Source of the DNA: an uncultured Neisseria sp.
Lineage (GTDB): Bacteria; Pseudomonadota; Gammaproteobacteria; Burkholderiales; UBA11063
Length of the DNA: 64,000 bases
Assembly (NCBI GenBank): GCA_964611845.1
Contig: CAZTBH010000007.1
Span: 16,739 to 80,738 of the forward strand
Direction: 5' to 3'
The translations under genes were made by a program, and so were the position numbers. Under the pieces are notes generated by a model. That model was not told the DNA's origin. It searched no databases and saw nothing but the letters and a program-made list of their open reading frames with translations. Below are positions 40,327 through 51,626 of this stretch, in pieces (the first letter of the stretch is position 1; every line of letters begins with the position of its first letter).

Positions 40327-40695
40327 ATGCAAGTTAATCTACATGATGGAAATGGTAACCAATTTTCACATTATTCTGATTTCAGTGTTACAATAAATAC
40401 AATAGAATATTCTGATAATATTTTAGTCTCGCCACAAAATATTGAACCATTACATTTAAAATCAATCATCGAATTAAATGAAGCTAATTGTGAATTTTTG
40501 CTTGGCTACCAACCAGATTTGATTATTTTTGGTACAGGTAGCAAAATTAGTTACCCAGATAGTAAATTTTTGCTATTGTTGCAGCAAAAAAGAATAGGGT
40601 TTGAAGTTATGCCAATTCCTGCTCTGTGTCGTACGTACAATTACCTAATTGGCGAAGGGAGAAATGTTCTTGGTCTAATAATTTTTGATAAATAA
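40327..40695 (+). CDS. Mth938-like (DUF498/NDUFAF3) protein
   Basis: PDLIIFGTG, IGFEVM..A.CRTYN.L..EGR. Confidence 0.9.
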   Translation: MQVNLHDGNGNQFSHYSDFSVTINTIEYSDNILVSPQNIEPLHLKSIIELNEANCEFLLGYQPDLIIFGTGSKISYPDSKFLLLLQQKRIGFEVMPIPALCRTYNYLIGEGRNVLGLIIFDK

Positions 40696-40741
40696 ATATC
40701 TATTTATAATCAATTACTATTGACTCATTACTATAAATTTT

Positions 40742-41425
40742 CTATTGCGCTTGTCGTGTAATGTATTCAGGTAGCTCTTGGGTATTACTAATTTTGTTTC
40801 CATAAGCAGGTAATTCGTTGGCTAATGAAAGGTTACATGTAGCACTAGATGGTGGAAAATATTCCAGCATTAGACATAGCTTGTCTTTATCATTTGAACC
40901 AGAAATTTCTTTTACCAGTTCTATAGCCAAATCAATCCCACTACTCACACCTCCAGCCGTCCATATTTTCCCAGATTTGACTATTCGCTGTGGTACTATC
41001 TTGATTGTTTTATCTTGTGCAAGTTCTTCAATTGCGCGCCAATAAGTAGTAGCTGATTGATGTTTCAGAAGTCCTGCTTTTGCTAGTAAAAAAGCTCCTG
41101 TGCATACTGATAATATAAGTTTGCATGATTGGTATTGTCGCTGGATAAAGTCAATCAGTTGTTGATTATTTGCCTGCTCAAGCCGTCCCATGCCACCTGG
41201 AACTATCAGATAGTCAAGTGGCTCGCAATTTGCAAAACTGCAATGAGATTTTAGAATTATTCCACTATCACACTCAACATAAGTACCTGATTCTGAAATC
41301 AGGCATAATGATACAGTGGGATTTAGCTTCTGCCATATTGCAAATACTTCCCACGGACCGATTGCATCCAGAGGCTGTACCATATCGTAAATGAGAACGC
41401 CGATTTTAATCTTATTTGTCATCAT
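40742..41425 (-). CDS. DJ-1/PfpI family protein
   Basis: LDAIGPWEV, VPGG, SVCTGA, ATT, AGGVSSGID. Confidence 0.9.
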   Translation of the reverse strand: MMTNKIKIGVLIYDMVQPLDAIGPWEVFAIWQKLNPTVSLCLISESGTYVECDSGIILKSHCSFANCEPLDYLIVPGGMGRLEQANNQQLIDFIQRQYQSCKLILSVCTGAFLLAKAGLLKHQSATTYWRAIEELAQDKTIKIVPQRIVKSGKIWTAGGVSSGIDLAIELVKEISGSNDKDKLCLMLEYFPPSSATCNLSLANELPAYGNKISNTQELPEYITRQAQ

Positions 41426-41439
41426 ATTTTATCATAGTA

Positions 41440-42825
41440 TTAAGAGTGGGTCATATCAAGTGGAACTACCCACTGATCATATTCACTTACGGTTAAAAAA
41501 CCAAGTTCTAATGCAGCAGTTTTAAGGTCTAAACCTTCATGGTGAGCTTTTTTAGCTATTTTGGCCGCTTTATCATAACCAATATGGCGATTTAACGCAG
41601 TTACCAGCATTAGATTTTTAGCTAAATTGGAGTTAATAACTGCTAAGTGAGCATCAATACCCGAAGCGCAATGTTCTTCAAAAGCTAAACAGCTATCTGA
41701 GAGCAGCTGGATGCTTTCCAGAACATTATGTATCATTACTGGTTTATAGACATTAAGTTGAAAATTACCTTGGCTTCCAGCGAAAGCTACAGCAGCGTCA
41801 TTACCATAAACTTGCACACAGACCATGGTCATTGCTTCACATTGGGTTGGATTAACTTTGCCGGGCATAATTGACGAACCAGGCTCATTCTCCGGTATGG
41901 TTATTTCACCAATGCCACAGCGTGGACCACTTGCCAACCATCTAACATCGTTTGCCATCTTCATTAGTGCACCGGCTAACGTGCGTAGCCCAGCTGAAAC
42001 GTTAACTAAGCCATCATGTGCAGATAGTGCGGCAAATTTATTTTTAGCCGAGGTAAAAGCTAAGTCTGTTTCCTGGCTAATATATCTTGCTGCTAAATCA
42101 CCAAATTTAGGATGTGCATTTAACCCTGTACCGACTGCAGTACCGCCAATGGCTAGTTCTAGAACTCCTTTGAGAGCTTGTTGCAAATTAATTATTGCAT
42201 AGTCAATTTGTGCGACCCATGCGCTTATTTCTTGTCCCAATGTTATTGGTGTTGCATCTTGGAGATGAGTGCGCCCGACTTTGACTACTTGGGCAAATTG
42301 TTGTGATTTATTTTCCAAGGTATTACGAAGCTTGGCAAGCGCTGGAAATAAATGATTGTTTAGTTCCTCAGCTGCTGCAATATACATCGCAGTTGGGAAG
42401 GTATCATTTGATGACTGTCCACGGTTAACATGGTCATTTGGGTGAACTGGGTTTTTACTTCCCATTACGCCACCACTAATTTCTATTGCGCGGTTTGAGA
42501 TAACCTCATTGGCATTCATATTGGATTGAGTGCCTGACCCGGTTTGAAATACCACCAGCGGGAAGTGAGCATCCAGTTTTGCACTAATTACTTCATCAGC
42601 CGCTTGAATAATTAATCGGGCAATTGATGCATCTAATTCACCGAGATCCATATTCGCCTTGGCAGCTGATTTTTTTAAAATACCAAGAGCTCGAATTAGT
42701 GGGCGTGTAAATTTAAAACGAGCTACACCAATCGGAAAATTAGTTCTTGAACGTTCCGTTTGTGCACCCCAGTAACAATCATCAGCCACCATAATTTCGC
42801 CCATTGAGTCAGTTTCATGACGCAT
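41440..42825 (-). CDS. fumC: Fumarate hydratase class II
   Basis: [32 protein letters not shown]. Confidence 0.98.
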   Translation of the reverse strand: MRHETDSMGEIMVADDCYWGAQTERSRTNFPIGVARFKFTRPLIRALGILKKSAAKANMDLGELDASIARLIIQAADEVISAKLDAHFPLVVFQTGSGTQSNMNANEVISNRAIEISGGVMGSKNPVHPNDHVNRGQSSNDTFPTAMYIAAAEELNNHLFPALAKLRNTLENKSQQFAQVVKVGRTHLQDATPITLGQEISAWVAQIDYAIINLQQALKGVLELAIGGTAVGTGLNAHPKFGDLAARYISQETDLAFTSAKNKFAALSAHDGLVNVSAGLRTLAGALMKMANDVRWLASGPRCGIGEITIPENEPGSSIMPGKVNPTQCEAMTMVCVQVYGNDAAVAFAGSQGNFQLNVYKPVMIHNVLESIQLLSDSCLAFEEHCASGIDAHLAVINSNLAKNLMLVTALNRHIGYDKAAKIAKKAHHEGLDLKTAALELGFLTVSEYDQWVVPLDMTHS

Positions 42826-42846
42826 AATCACTCTCCATGTATCTAG

Positions 42847-44205
42847 TTAATTAAATAGTTTGCTAGGATTAACTGGTTTTCCTAAGCGGCGTAATTCAAA
42901 ATAAATGCCACCCATTGGTTGGTTTGATTCCGTACCACTATTGGCGATTAATTGTCCAGCAGTTACTGCGGCACCTTTTGTAGTTTTGGATAATACTCCA
43001 CTGTAAACTGAGGTATAATTATCTCCATTGTCAATTACAATGATTTGTCCAAATCCCGGAAGTTCTCCACTAAATAGTACTGTACCGCGTGATACAGAAT
43101 ATATTGGGGTATTATCATTGGCATGAACTAAAACACCATTATTTTTCACGCTATCACGCATCTGTCCAAAACCTACGGCAATACTCCCACTAACTGGACG
43201 AGCAAGTTTACGTGACATAAATGGGGAGTTATCTTCAACGCTGTTATCAGCAACTTGGGGTTTTATAACTGAAGCAGCTTGTGGCGTAGCTGCGGTATCA
43301 TTATCAGTAATTTTTACATCAGCTTTGTCATTGCTCGTATCAATTACAATATTTTCTTGTTTGCTAGTTGCCGTTGTGCTGGAAGCCGTATTATTTGTCT
43401 GGGCTTTTGCTTTTGCTGCAGCTATGGCCGCTAATTGACGAGCTTTTGCTTCTGCAGCGGCTTTTTTAGCTGCCGCTTGCTTTTGTTTTTTTTCAGCGAG
43501 GGCTAGTTGTTGTAATAGTTTATTTAGTTCTGCTTGACGCTGTTTTAAATGTGAGAGCTTGCTACGTTCGCTATCAATTTGTTGTTTTACACTCAATGAT
43601 TGTTGAACAGTTTTATCTTTTACTGCAAGTAATTGCTGATGTTGTTGGCTAGTTGTGCCCAAGCGTTTATTTAAATTATCTACTTCTTGTTGCAGTTTTT
43701 TATTCAAGCTATCAAGTTGGCTAAGCTTGTCATTTAGTTGTTGGTAATGTAGCTGCTGCTGCTTAAGTATTTCCAACAGATAAACTTTTTTTCGCTCTTG
43801 ATCTAGGCTATCATTTCCAGAAACAATGCTTTGTTGTGAAGCTTGAATTTTTTGAATTTGCTGATAAATTTTGCTAATCGAGGCATTGACCTGTGTTTTG
43901 GCAGCCGTAGTTGTTGCCGTCATCTGTGGGATTGTATTTGCCAATTGATTGAGCTGATTTATGTCTGCATCGCGTTGTTTGCGAATTTTTTGTAAGATAG
44001 CTTCAGTTTTAGAGATTGCACCTTGTGAATCTTTCAGTGCTGCATCAATTTTTTGCTTTTCTTGCTGTTTGGAGTTAAGGTCTTGATTGATTTGCTGGAT
44101 TTGTGTATTGAGATCGTTAATATTACTATTAACGGTAGAAGATTCTACCGCATAGCTCAATCCCGTCCACATAACAGCGCTAAGCAAAACTAGTTTACGC
44201 ATCAT
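42847..44205 (-). CDS. envC: Murein hydrolase activator EnvC-like
   Basis: Signal peptide, long coiled coil, degenerate M23 domain (YFELR..GKPVNP); downstream of gpmI as is usual. Confidence 0.82.
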   Translation of the reverse strand: MMRKLVLLSAVMWTGLSYAVESSTVNSNINDLNTQIQQINQDLNSKQQEKQKIDAALKDSQGAISKTEAILQKIRKQRDADINQLNQLANTIPQMTATTTAAKTQVNASISKIYQQIQKIQASQQSIVSGNDSLDQERKKVYLLEILKQQQLHYQQLNDKLSQLDSLNKKLQQEVDNLNKRLGTTSQQHQQLLAVKDKTVQQSLSVKQQIDSERSKLSHLKQRQAELNKLLQQLALAEKKQKQAAAKKAAAEAKARQLAAIAAAKAKAQTNNTASSTTATSKQENIVIDTSNDKADVKITDNDTAATPQAASVIKPQVADNSVEDNSPFMSRKLARPVSGSIAVGFGQMRDSVKNNGVLVHANDNTPIYSVSRGTVLFSGELPGFGQIIVIDNGDNYTSVYSGVLSKTTKGAAVTAGQLIANSGTESNQPMGGIYFELRRLGKPVNPSKLFN

Positions 44206-44213
44206 TAGCTGAC

Positions 44214-45731
44214 CTATTCAAAAGCAATTAGACTGTGTCCGGTCATCTCTTGTGGCTGTGGTAATCCCATCATTGCTAGGAGCGATGGTGCAACATCTTT
44301 AAGAGCGCCGCCTTCAATAATAGAAGCTTCGCGTCCGATATAAATACATGGAACAAGATTTGTAGTGTGTTGAGTGTGCGGTTGTTGACTCTTATAATCA
44401 AACATTTCTTCACAGTTGCCGTGATCAGCAACAATTAATACTTCCCCATCATGTGCCCTCATTGCTTCAACCACTTTGCCTAGATACAAATCTAATGCTT
44501 CAACCGCTTTTACGCTGGCATCATAGTTACCTGTATGTCCAACCATGTCACCATTTGCAAAATTAGTGATAATCAAATCATATTCATTTGAATTAATCGC
44601 ATCAACCAATTTGCTCGCTACCTCTGGTAAGCTCATTTCTGGCTTAAGATCATAAGTTGCGACCTCTTTTGGAGAATTGATTAAAATTCTAGTTTCATTG
44701 GTAAATGGCTGTTGTTCACCACCATTAAAGAAATAAGTTATATGAGGATATTTTTCAGTTTCAGCAATCCGTAATTGTTTTAAGCCAAGGCCACTAATAT
44801 ACTCACCCAGAGTATTAACAATTGAAGCTGGTGGGTATGCAACTAGACAATCTAGTTTATCGTTATAGCGAGTCATGGTTACAAACGCCGCTAATCCTAA
44901 ATCGTGATGAGAGAAGCCATTAAAGTCTTTGCCGATAAATGCATCGGTTAATTGAACGGCGCGATCAGAACGGAAATTAGCAAAAATAATACTGTCACCT
45001 GGTTTTACCCCTTGATAACCATTAAAAACTGCAGGCTTAACAAATTCGTCAGTAACTTGTTCGGTATATGCTGCACTAATTGCAGCATTCGGTGTTGCAA
45101 AGGAGGTATTGGCATCAGCATTTACTAATGCTTTATAAGCAAGTTCAAGACGATCCCAACGCTTATCACGATCCATAGCGTAATAGCGTCCTGCGATACT
45201 AGCTATTTTTGCTTTAGGATAAGATTTAATTATTTCTTCAAGTTGACTGATAAAAGCTAACGCGCTTTGTGGTGGGGTATCACGACCGTCTAAAAACATA
45301 TGTAGGTTAATATGTTGGATATTATTGGTTTGGGATGCTAGTTTGATTAACTCATAGATGTGATTTTGATGCGAATGAACTCCACCATCAGATAATAATC
45401 CCATGATGTGAACAGTACCACTAGTACTTTTTGCAAGTGCAGAATTTAATGCCTTATTTTTGTAAAAATCACCCGTTTCAATTTCATAGTCAATCTTAGT
45501 GATATCTTGGCGGACGACTCTACCCGCACCTAAATTTAGATGTCCTACTTCAGAATTACCAAATTGACCTTTAGGCAATCCAACGGCCTGTTCTGAGGCT
45601 TCGATTTTACCAAAAGCGTAATTTTGAATGTAACTGATTAAATTAGGTTTATTGGCACCAGCTACTGCGTTAAAGTCATCGTTACTTCTCATGCCAAAAC
45701 CATCTAGGATTACTAATAATGCTTTTTTCAT
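44214..45731 (-). CDS. gpmI: 2,3-bisphosphoglycerate-independent phosphoglycerate mutase
   Basis: ILDG, GNSEVGH, DGGVHSH, GRYYAMDRD, AETEKY, DMVGHTG, ADHGN. Confidence 0.97.
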   Translation of the reverse strand: MKKALLVILDGFGMRSNDDFNAVAGANKPNLISYIQNYAFGKIEASEQAVGLPKGQFGNSEVGHLNLGAGRVVRQDITKIDYEIETGDFYKNKALNSALAKSTSGTVHIMGLLSDGGVHSHQNHIYELIKLASQTNNIQHINLHMFLDGRDTPPQSALAFISQLEEIIKSYPKAKIASIAGRYYAMDRDKRWDRLELAYKALVNADANTSFATPNAAISAAYTEQVTDEFVKPAVFNGYQGVKPGDSIIFANFRSDRAVQLTDAFIGKDFNGFSHHDLGLAAFVTMTRYNDKLDCLVAYPPASIVNTLGEYISGLGLKQLRIAETEKYPHITYFFNGGEQQPFTNETRILINSPKEVATYDLKPEMSLPEVASKLVDAINSNEYDLIITNFANGDMVGHTGNYDASVKAVEALDLYLGKVVEAMRAHDGEVLIVADHGNCEEMFDYKSQQPHTQHTTNLVPCIYIGREASIIEGGALKDVAPSLLAMMGLPQPQEMTGHSLIAFE

Positions 45732-46012
45732 AATGTTGTCTTCTCTTCTATTATTTTGTATCGGTTAATCGAATTTAAAATGTAAGTGATCTGTTTCCTG
45801 CTACATCCGAAGAAATTTGAAATACCTCTAGGTGATTTGCGACAAATCCCACACCTAGTAAGTGGGGGAGACAAATCAATGACCTAGGATGACGAATTTG
45901 TTCAAGCACAAAATTAACGTAACTTATCTGCAAGTAGTCACGTTTTTTGTTACAATAGCGGGTAATTTATATTTACTGCAAGCATATATTTTAATACAAT
46001 CATGAGGTTTAC

Positions 46013-46567
46013 ATGCAATTAGATTATACCAAAGCCCGACAAATCATTAGTAATTCTACAGTTCTATTTTCAGAAGAGCAATTATATTCAGCGTTAGATA
46101 CAATGGCTAGTAATATTGATGCCGAAATTGAAGGCGAAGTTCCAGTTTTCTTAACCGTGATGAATGGCGGGATGATGTTTGCTGCAGAGTTAACCAAACG
46201 CTTAAAAAGCCCAATTATTATGGACTATATTCATGCTTCACGTTATGGTGATGCAATGTATGGTTCAAGTCATATCACTTGGTATCGTCAACCTAAAGAA
46301 GAGTTGATTCGTGGTAAAACTGTGTATATTCTAGATGATATATTGGATGAAGGGCATACTATTGCCGAGATTAAGCGTTTTTTAATTAATGCTGGGGCTA
46401 AAGCATGTAAAATTGCTGTGATGGTAAACAAAGAAATCGGTAAAGATAAGCCAATTTATGCAGATCACGTTGGCGTTAATGCTCCAAATCATTTTCTATT
46501 TGGATTTGGTATGGATATATTTGAGCTTAATCGTAACTTGCAACAAATTTATATTTATAACAACTAA
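46013..46567 (+). CDS. hpt: Hypoxanthine-guanine phosphoribosyltransferase
   Basis: VMNGG, DYIHASRY, ILDDILDEG.T, FGFGMD. Confidence 0.9.
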   Translation: MQLDYTKARQIISNSTVLFSEEQLYSALDTMASNIDAEIEGEVPVFLTVMNGGMMFAAELTKRLKSPIIMDYIHASRYGDAMYGSSHITWYRQPKEELIRGKTVYILDDILDEGHTIAEIKRFLINAGAKACKIAVMVNKEIGKDKPIYADHVGVNAPNHFLFGFGMDIFELNRNLQQIYIYNN

Positions 46568-46587
46568 TTATAATAGGTGCTTTGATT

Positions 46588-47424
46588 ATGTCATTTTTAG
46601 CAATATTGTTAACAATCTTTCTGGAACGCCAGAAGGTTTTGGGAGGCGTTAGAACTTGGTTTAATAGTAAAATTGACCAGTATGCTAATCTATTTGTTAA
46701 TCGTGACTTTCAAACGGTACGTGAAATTCGCTTACATTTTATCTTTGCTTTGATTCCATTTTTATTGATAACATTGGCATTGATGATTCTTCCTTATAGT
46801 CGTCATCATATTTCATATTTTCTGATTAACTGTTTCTTCTTTATCTTGTGTTGTGATATTTTAGGTTGGAAAGAAGAAGCCAAGACAACCAATCGTGGAA
46901 ATGAGTTTCAACAGTTTGTCCAAACATACGCAACTAAATTTTTTGCAACTACATTCTGGTTCATTATCTTACCTTCGGTTTTAGGTGCGATTTGCTATTT
47001 AGTATTGACCGCAATGGGTAACAAACTACGTTCACGTGGTGAGGAATCAGTGGTATATTCCGTAGTTGTCGACAAGATGCTGTTTTGGGTAAATATTGTC
47101 CCTTATACTGTACTGGCAGTATTTATAGCTGCCGCAGGTGATTTTGAAGAAGTTATGCGCTATATGTTGGAGCAACGTGGAAAAGTTAAACTAAGCTTCT
47201 TCTACCTTGAAACTGTTTTAAACGAAGTAACTTTCCGGGCAATAGGCAAAGATAAATTTGCTAAAGCTACAGCTAATTTTGAAGATGATGGTATTGAAGA
47301 TATCCGTAAGTCAGAAAATCTGTTTGATCCTAAAGTAGTTGACTATGTCGTCGCCTTACTTTATCGAGCAGGATTATTTTTTATTATAACGATAACTGTA
47401 ATTTCAGTAATTAATTTATTTTAA
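46588..47424 (+). CDS. Inner-membrane protein, CobD/CbiB/AmpE-like
   Basis: MSFLAILL..LE N-terminus, FA..FWF..LP..GA..Y, GDFE motif; diverged. Confidence 0.55.
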   Translation: MSFLAILLTIFLERQKVLGGVRTWFNSKIDQYANLFVNRDFQTVREIRLHFIFALIPFLLITLALMILPYSRHHISYFLINCFFFILCCDILGWKEEAKTTNRGNEFQQFVQTYATKFFATTFWFIILPSVLGAICYLVLTAMGNKLRSRGEESVVYSVVVDKMLFWVNIVPYTVLAVFIAAAGDFEEVMRYMLEQRGKVKLSFFYLETVLNEVTFRAIGKDKFAKATANFEDDGIEDIRKSENLFDPKVVDYVVALLYRAGLFFIITITVISVINLF

Positions 47425-47425
47425 A

Positions 47426-47938
47426 ATGAAATATTTGTTGTTATTGAGTAGCATAATTAGTATGGTTTGCTATGCTGATGATACGATTTATCAATACAAA
47501 GATAAAAATGGGGCAACGGTATTTACTAATAAACCAGTTAAAAATGGTAAAAAAGTGGTCTTGCCTGCGATAACTGTTTATGCTGCACCAATGACACAAA
47601 ATGATTTCAAAGCTAAAGGCTATACTAACGGTACCGCAACTAAGAATAATGCTATTCAGGATAATAGTATAAAAAAAGCCTATACGCAAAGTATAGGTCA
47701 AAATCTAGGGACCAATGAAGTTGGTCGGCAACAAATTTTAAATGAAGAGCTGGCACTGGAGCAAAGAGCCCTGACAGACTCACAACAAGCATTACAATCA
47801 GGGATGGCAACTAAGCTTCCCAGTGAGCAAAATAATCCAGAACAGTATCAAGCAAGGATAAAAGCCTTGCGGGATGCCGTTACTGAGCATCAAAAAAATA
47901 TTGATATACTGAGCAATCAGTTAGGCGTTAAACATTAA
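47426..47938 (+). CDS. DUF4124-domain secreted protein
   Basis: Signal peptide, IYQYKD.NG..VFTNKP, C-terminal R.QIL.EEL coiled coil. Confidence 0.8.
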   Translation: MKYLLLLSSIISMVCYADDTIYQYKDKNGATVFTNKPVKNGKKVVLPAITVYAAPMTQNDFKAKGYTNGTATKNNAIQDNSIKKAYTQSIGQNLGTNEVGRQQILNEELALEQRALTDSQQALQSGMATKLPSEQNNPEQYQARIKALRDAVTEHQKNIDILSNQLGVKH

Positions 47939-47949
47939 GCGGGAATATT

Positions 47950-48915
47950 ATGAAGAGACATTTTCTTGAATTTGAAAAACCAATTGCCGAGTTAAGCAAT
48001 AAAATTGAAGAGCTACGCCAGATGCAGGATGAATCATCCGTTAATATATCATCTGAAGTTGAATTACTACAAACTAAAGTTGATGGCTTAACTAAAGAAA
48101 TTTATAGTGCTCTTGGCGCTTGGGAAATTTCTCAGGTTGCGCGTCATCCACAGCGTCCACGTACACTGGATTATATTAATAATTTATTTACTGATTTTGT
48201 AGAATTGCATGGTGACCGCCATTATGCAGACGATAAATCACTGATTTGTGGAATGGCTAAATTTGGTGAGCAGTCGGTGGTAGTTATTGGTCATCAAAAG
48301 GGTCGTGATACTAAAGAAAATCTTGAGCGTAATTTTGGTATGCCACGTCCTGAGGGATATCGTAAAGCGTTACGCATAATGCAGATTGCCGAAAAATTTG
48401 CCTTACCAATTATTACTTTTATTGATACTCCTGGTGCATATCCCGGGATCGGTGCTGAGGAGCGTGGTCAATCAGAGGCGATTGGTAAAAATCTATATGA
48501 AATGTCTAAAATGTCAGTTCCGATTATTTGTACGGTAATCGGTGAGGGTGGCTCAGGAGGCGCTTTGGCAATTGCGGTTGGTGATCAGATTAATATGCTG
48601 GAATATTCGATTTATTCGGTAATTTCGCCAGAGGGGTGTGCTTCAATTTTGTGGAAAGATGCTACTAAAGCCAATCAAGCTGCAGAGATATTGGGAATTA
48701 CGGCAGATCGCTTAAAAGGCTTAGGCTTGATTGATAGTGTAGTTAATGAACCTTTGGGTGGCGCACATGCTAACCATGGGGAAATGATGACTAAATTAAA
48801 GCGTAATTTAAAAGATAGTCTCAAAAAGCTAAGTGAGTTCTCAGGTGATGAGTTACTTGCACGTCGTTTTGAACGAATTATGGCTTATGGTAAATTTAAG
48901 CTTGAAACAGAATAG
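47950..48915 (+). CDS. accA: Acetyl-CoA carboxylase carboxyltransferase alpha
   Basis: [34 protein letters not shown]. Confidence 0.98.
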   Translation: MKRHFLEFEKPIAELSNKIEELRQMQDESSVNISSEVELLQTKVDGLTKEIYSALGAWEISQVARHPQRPRTLDYINNLFTDFVELHGDRHYADDKSLICGMAKFGEQSVVVIGHQKGRDTKENLERNFGMPRPEGYRKALRIMQIAEKFALPIITFIDTPGAYPGIGAEERGQSEAIGKNLYEMSKMSVPIICTVIGEGGSGGALAIAVGDQINMLEYSIYSVISPEGCASILWKDATKANQAAEILGITADRLKGLGLIDSVVNEPLGGAHANHGEMMTKLKRNLKDSLKKLSEFSGDELLARRFERIMAYGKFKLETE

Positions 48916-49873
48916 AAGAATTTTAGTTGAATCAATACTAAAGCAATGGCCATCTGAATTAGATGGTCATTTGTCTTATTGTGTTGGTCTAAGTGGTGGT
49001 GTTGATTCAGTAGTACTGTTACATTTACTTAATGAAGCTAGCAAGCGCCAGCAATTTAAGCTGTCGGCAATTCACGTTAATCATGGCATATCGGTTCATG
49101 CTGATGAATGGATGGATTTTTGTACCCGTTTGTGCCAGCAATGGAATATTCCATTACAGGTCGCACAGTTGCAAGTAGTAAAACAAGCCGGGATTGGACT
49201 GGAAAATAGCGCTCGGAAACTACGGTATGCTGAATATCAAAAAACTGGTGCAGATGTTATGATTTTAGCTCACCACCAAGATGATCAGATTGAAACAGTC
49301 TTTAGCCAGCTTATGCGCGGTAGCGATGTACATAATATTGCAGCTATGCGCCGTTTGAGTAAGAGAAATATGCAATTTTACTGGCGGCCACTACTTTCTT
49401 ATTCTAAAGCGCTGTTAATTGATTATGCTCTCGAACGTGAACTTTCACATATTGAAGATGATAGTAATTATGACAATGCTTATTTACGTAACTTTTTGCG
49501 TAATAGTATAATTCCTCAGTTGCTTGCTTATGATAACAATTTACCACAAAAAATTACGCAGAGTTTAACTTCAATTCAGGAAAGTGTGAGCTTAAATGAT
49601 GAAGTCGCGGAATATGATTTGCTTTCTACTATGAAAAATGAGCAGATTGAAATTGCTAAAATTATTAGTTTAAGTTCATCGCGGCAAAAATCTCTTTTAA
49701 GCTGTTTTATTCGCCAGCATAACCTTCCATTGCCGTCATCAAAACAACTTCAGGAATTTATTCGTCAGGTAATTACTGCAGAACAAGATCGCCATCCACA
49801 ACTGAAGCTTAACGAAAATTATGCTCTGACCCGCAAAAAAGGTAAAATCATCTTAAAAACAGCAGTTGACTAA
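48887..49873 (+). CDS. tilS: tRNA(Ile)-lysidine synthetase (short form)
   Basis: SGGVDS, HVNHG, AR..RY, AHHQDDQ.ET, RPLL, RNFLR; start uncertain. Confidence 0.93.
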   Translation: MVNLSLKQNRRILVESILKQWPSELDGHLSYCVGLSGGVDSVVLLHLLNEASKRQQFKLSAIHVNHGISVHADEWMDFCTRLCQQWNIPLQVAQLQVVKQAGIGLENSARKLRYAEYQKTGADVMILAHHQDDQIETVFSQLMRGSDVHNIAAMRRLSKRNMQFYWRPLLSYSKALLIDYALERELSHIEDDSNYDNAYLRNFLRNSIIPQLLAYDNNLPQKITQSLTSIQESVSLNDEVAEYDLLSTMKNEQIEIAKIISLSSSRQKSLLSCFIRQHNLPLPSSKQLQEFIRQVITAEQDRHPQLKLNENYALTRKKGKIILKTAVD

Positions 49874-49884
49874 CTATTTATAGG

Positions 49885-50943
49885 TTAGTACATCTCTTGC
49901 GTCTTACACATATTGTTTAGCAACCAGTATGATTTGTCTTTAACTGCTTTATTGCTGATTGAATTAAATTCGAAGCAATAACCATTTACTTTGCGTGTAC
50001 AAATATCCGATAAGTAGAATTGATCACCATTTAAACAACCATCACTTTTAATTTTTTGTATTAGTTGATGTGCTGTTTGAGAACTGAATTTTTGGCGGTA
50101 ATAATTGAGATCATGAGCTGGACGAATTATTTTGATATTTCCCGATTCCAATTTGTAAAGCGTAAAATCACTTGATTCTGAGAACGAATATTGTTTGAAG
50201 CCAGAAAATATTATTGCTGATTCATTTTGATTTAAACTACCATCTTGATAACTGAAACTTTGACTTATGATATATTGGGTAGCAGATTCAATCGTTACGA
50301 AATAGTTATGATTGAGTCCATTATCTCGTGCATCATTATAGTATGCAGAGAGCAGGAATACATCGTTGCCATTTAGGGTAAATTGTTTATCAATGGTGAT
50401 AGTTGAAAAGTTTTTGCCTTGTGGCAATTTTATTAATTGTTGATTAAGAGCTAGCTGCTGAATTTGATTATGAGTTTTTGCTTTTGAGCTACTGCTTAAC
50501 TGGATTACAACTAAGTTTCCTGCCGCTATTTTTTGTGAGCTGGTTACTATTGGTAGTTTAGTCAGCCAATTTTGAAATTTTAAAGTATTTTCACTACTAA
50601 CTGGAGTTATTTTTTCCACTTGTTGCTCTGCATTTACATCATATGAGTATTCCGCTGAGAAATTTTGTTCGGGAAATATATTATGGCTGTATTGAATAGT
50701 TGCTTGGCATTGTAAAGTTGTGTTTTTATTCTGCTTCTTGCTACCTGACATAATCTGAACTTTTGGATTTACATACAGTGGAATTGAACTATCAAGTTTA
50801 GTGGCTTGAATAAGCTGTTCCTCAATATTTGAGCTACTGCAGCTAAGTGTTTTAGCTGATTTTGAACAGGCACCAAGCCCGCTACTTATTAAAGAAATTA
50901 GCAGCGGGTACTTGATGAGTTTTAAATTAGTATATTTAAGCAT
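49885..50943 (-). CDS. Hypothetical lipoprotein
   Basis: Lipobox LGAC; several Cys pairs; no recognised domain. Confidence 0.7.
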   Translation of the reverse strand: MLKYTNLKLIKYPLLISLISSGLGACSKSAKTLSCSSSNIEEQLIQATKLDSSIPLYVNPKVQIMSGSKKQNKNTTLQCQATIQYSHNIFPEQNFSAEYSYDVNAEQQVEKITPVSSENTLKFQNWLTKLPIVTSSQKIAAGNLVVIQLSSSSKAKTHNQIQQLALNQQLIKLPQGKNFSTITIDKQFTLNGNDVFLLSAYYNDARDNGLNHNYFVTIESATQYIISQSFSYQDGSLNQNESAIIFSGFKQYSFSESSDFTLYKLESGNIKIIRPAHDLNYYRQKFSSQTAHQLIQKIKSDGCLNGDQFYLSDICTRKVNGYCFEFNSISNKAVKDKSYWLLNNMCKTQEMY

Positions 50944-50957
50944 TTGAGTTAAATAGC

Positions 50958-51608
50958 TTAAGCTAATTCAACGACTTTATGGACTAATTTATTAATGCCA
51001 CTGTATGCATCTAAAATATTGCTTGCTAACATGTAAGCAGCAGTTGACACAATTTTGTATTTTTCATCGATGCAAATTTCATTTACGGTGGATGAATGAT
51101 GAATTGCACCACGTTTGGTTACTAGTGCTGCGGTTCCTTCATCACTACCGATAGTCATATTTACTGGAAAATCATAAATTGCTGGGATCATTACTGGTGC
51201 AATACAAATAAATCCGACAGCTTTACCTGCGGCAGTGAAGCCTTGCGCAATTTTACTTAGAGTCGGATTAACAGTGTAATCAGCACCATCTTGCGCTAGT
51301 GTAAAGAGATTTGCCGCAATCCCATTTCCACCAGGAATGATAAGTGCATCGTAGTCATTGCTACTCAATTCTTCAAGTTTTTTTACATTGCCGCGAGCAA
51401 TCCGCGCTGACTCTATCAGCATATTCCGAGTTTCATTGGTTGTCTCATTATTCAAGTGATTAGTAACATGATCTTGCGCTAAATCAGGGCTAAAGCACTG
51501 GTAACTTGCGCCAGCTTGTTCGATAGATAATAATGTTAATACTGATTCATGAATTTCAGAACCATCCATCCGTCCACAACCCGCTAATACAACTGCAATT
51601 TTTTTCAT
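50958..51608 (-). CDS. elbB: Glyoxalase ElbB
   Basis: LAGCG..DGSEIHE, ESARIARG, PGG.G, ICIAP. Confidence 0.94.
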   Translation of the reverse strand: MKKIAVVLAGCGRMDGSEIHESVLTLLSIEQAGASYQCFSPDLAQDHVTNHLNNETTNETRNMLIESARIARGNVKKLEELSSNDYDALIIPGGNGIAANLFTLAQDGADYTVNPTLSKIAQGFTAAGKAVGFICIAPVMIPAIYDFPVNMTIGSDEGTAALVTKRGAIHHSSTVNEICIDEKYKIVSTAAYMLASNILDAYSGINKLVHKVVELA

Positions 51609-51626
51609 AGTATTATCCTTTTTAAA

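Noticed and set aside
42847-43200. M23 peptidase domain lacking zinc ligands
   Set aside because: This is expected, because EnvC-type activators have a degenerate LytM domain.
48887-49873. TilS lacking the distal C-terminal domain
   Set aside because: Short TilS forms are known and the catalytic motifs are intact.
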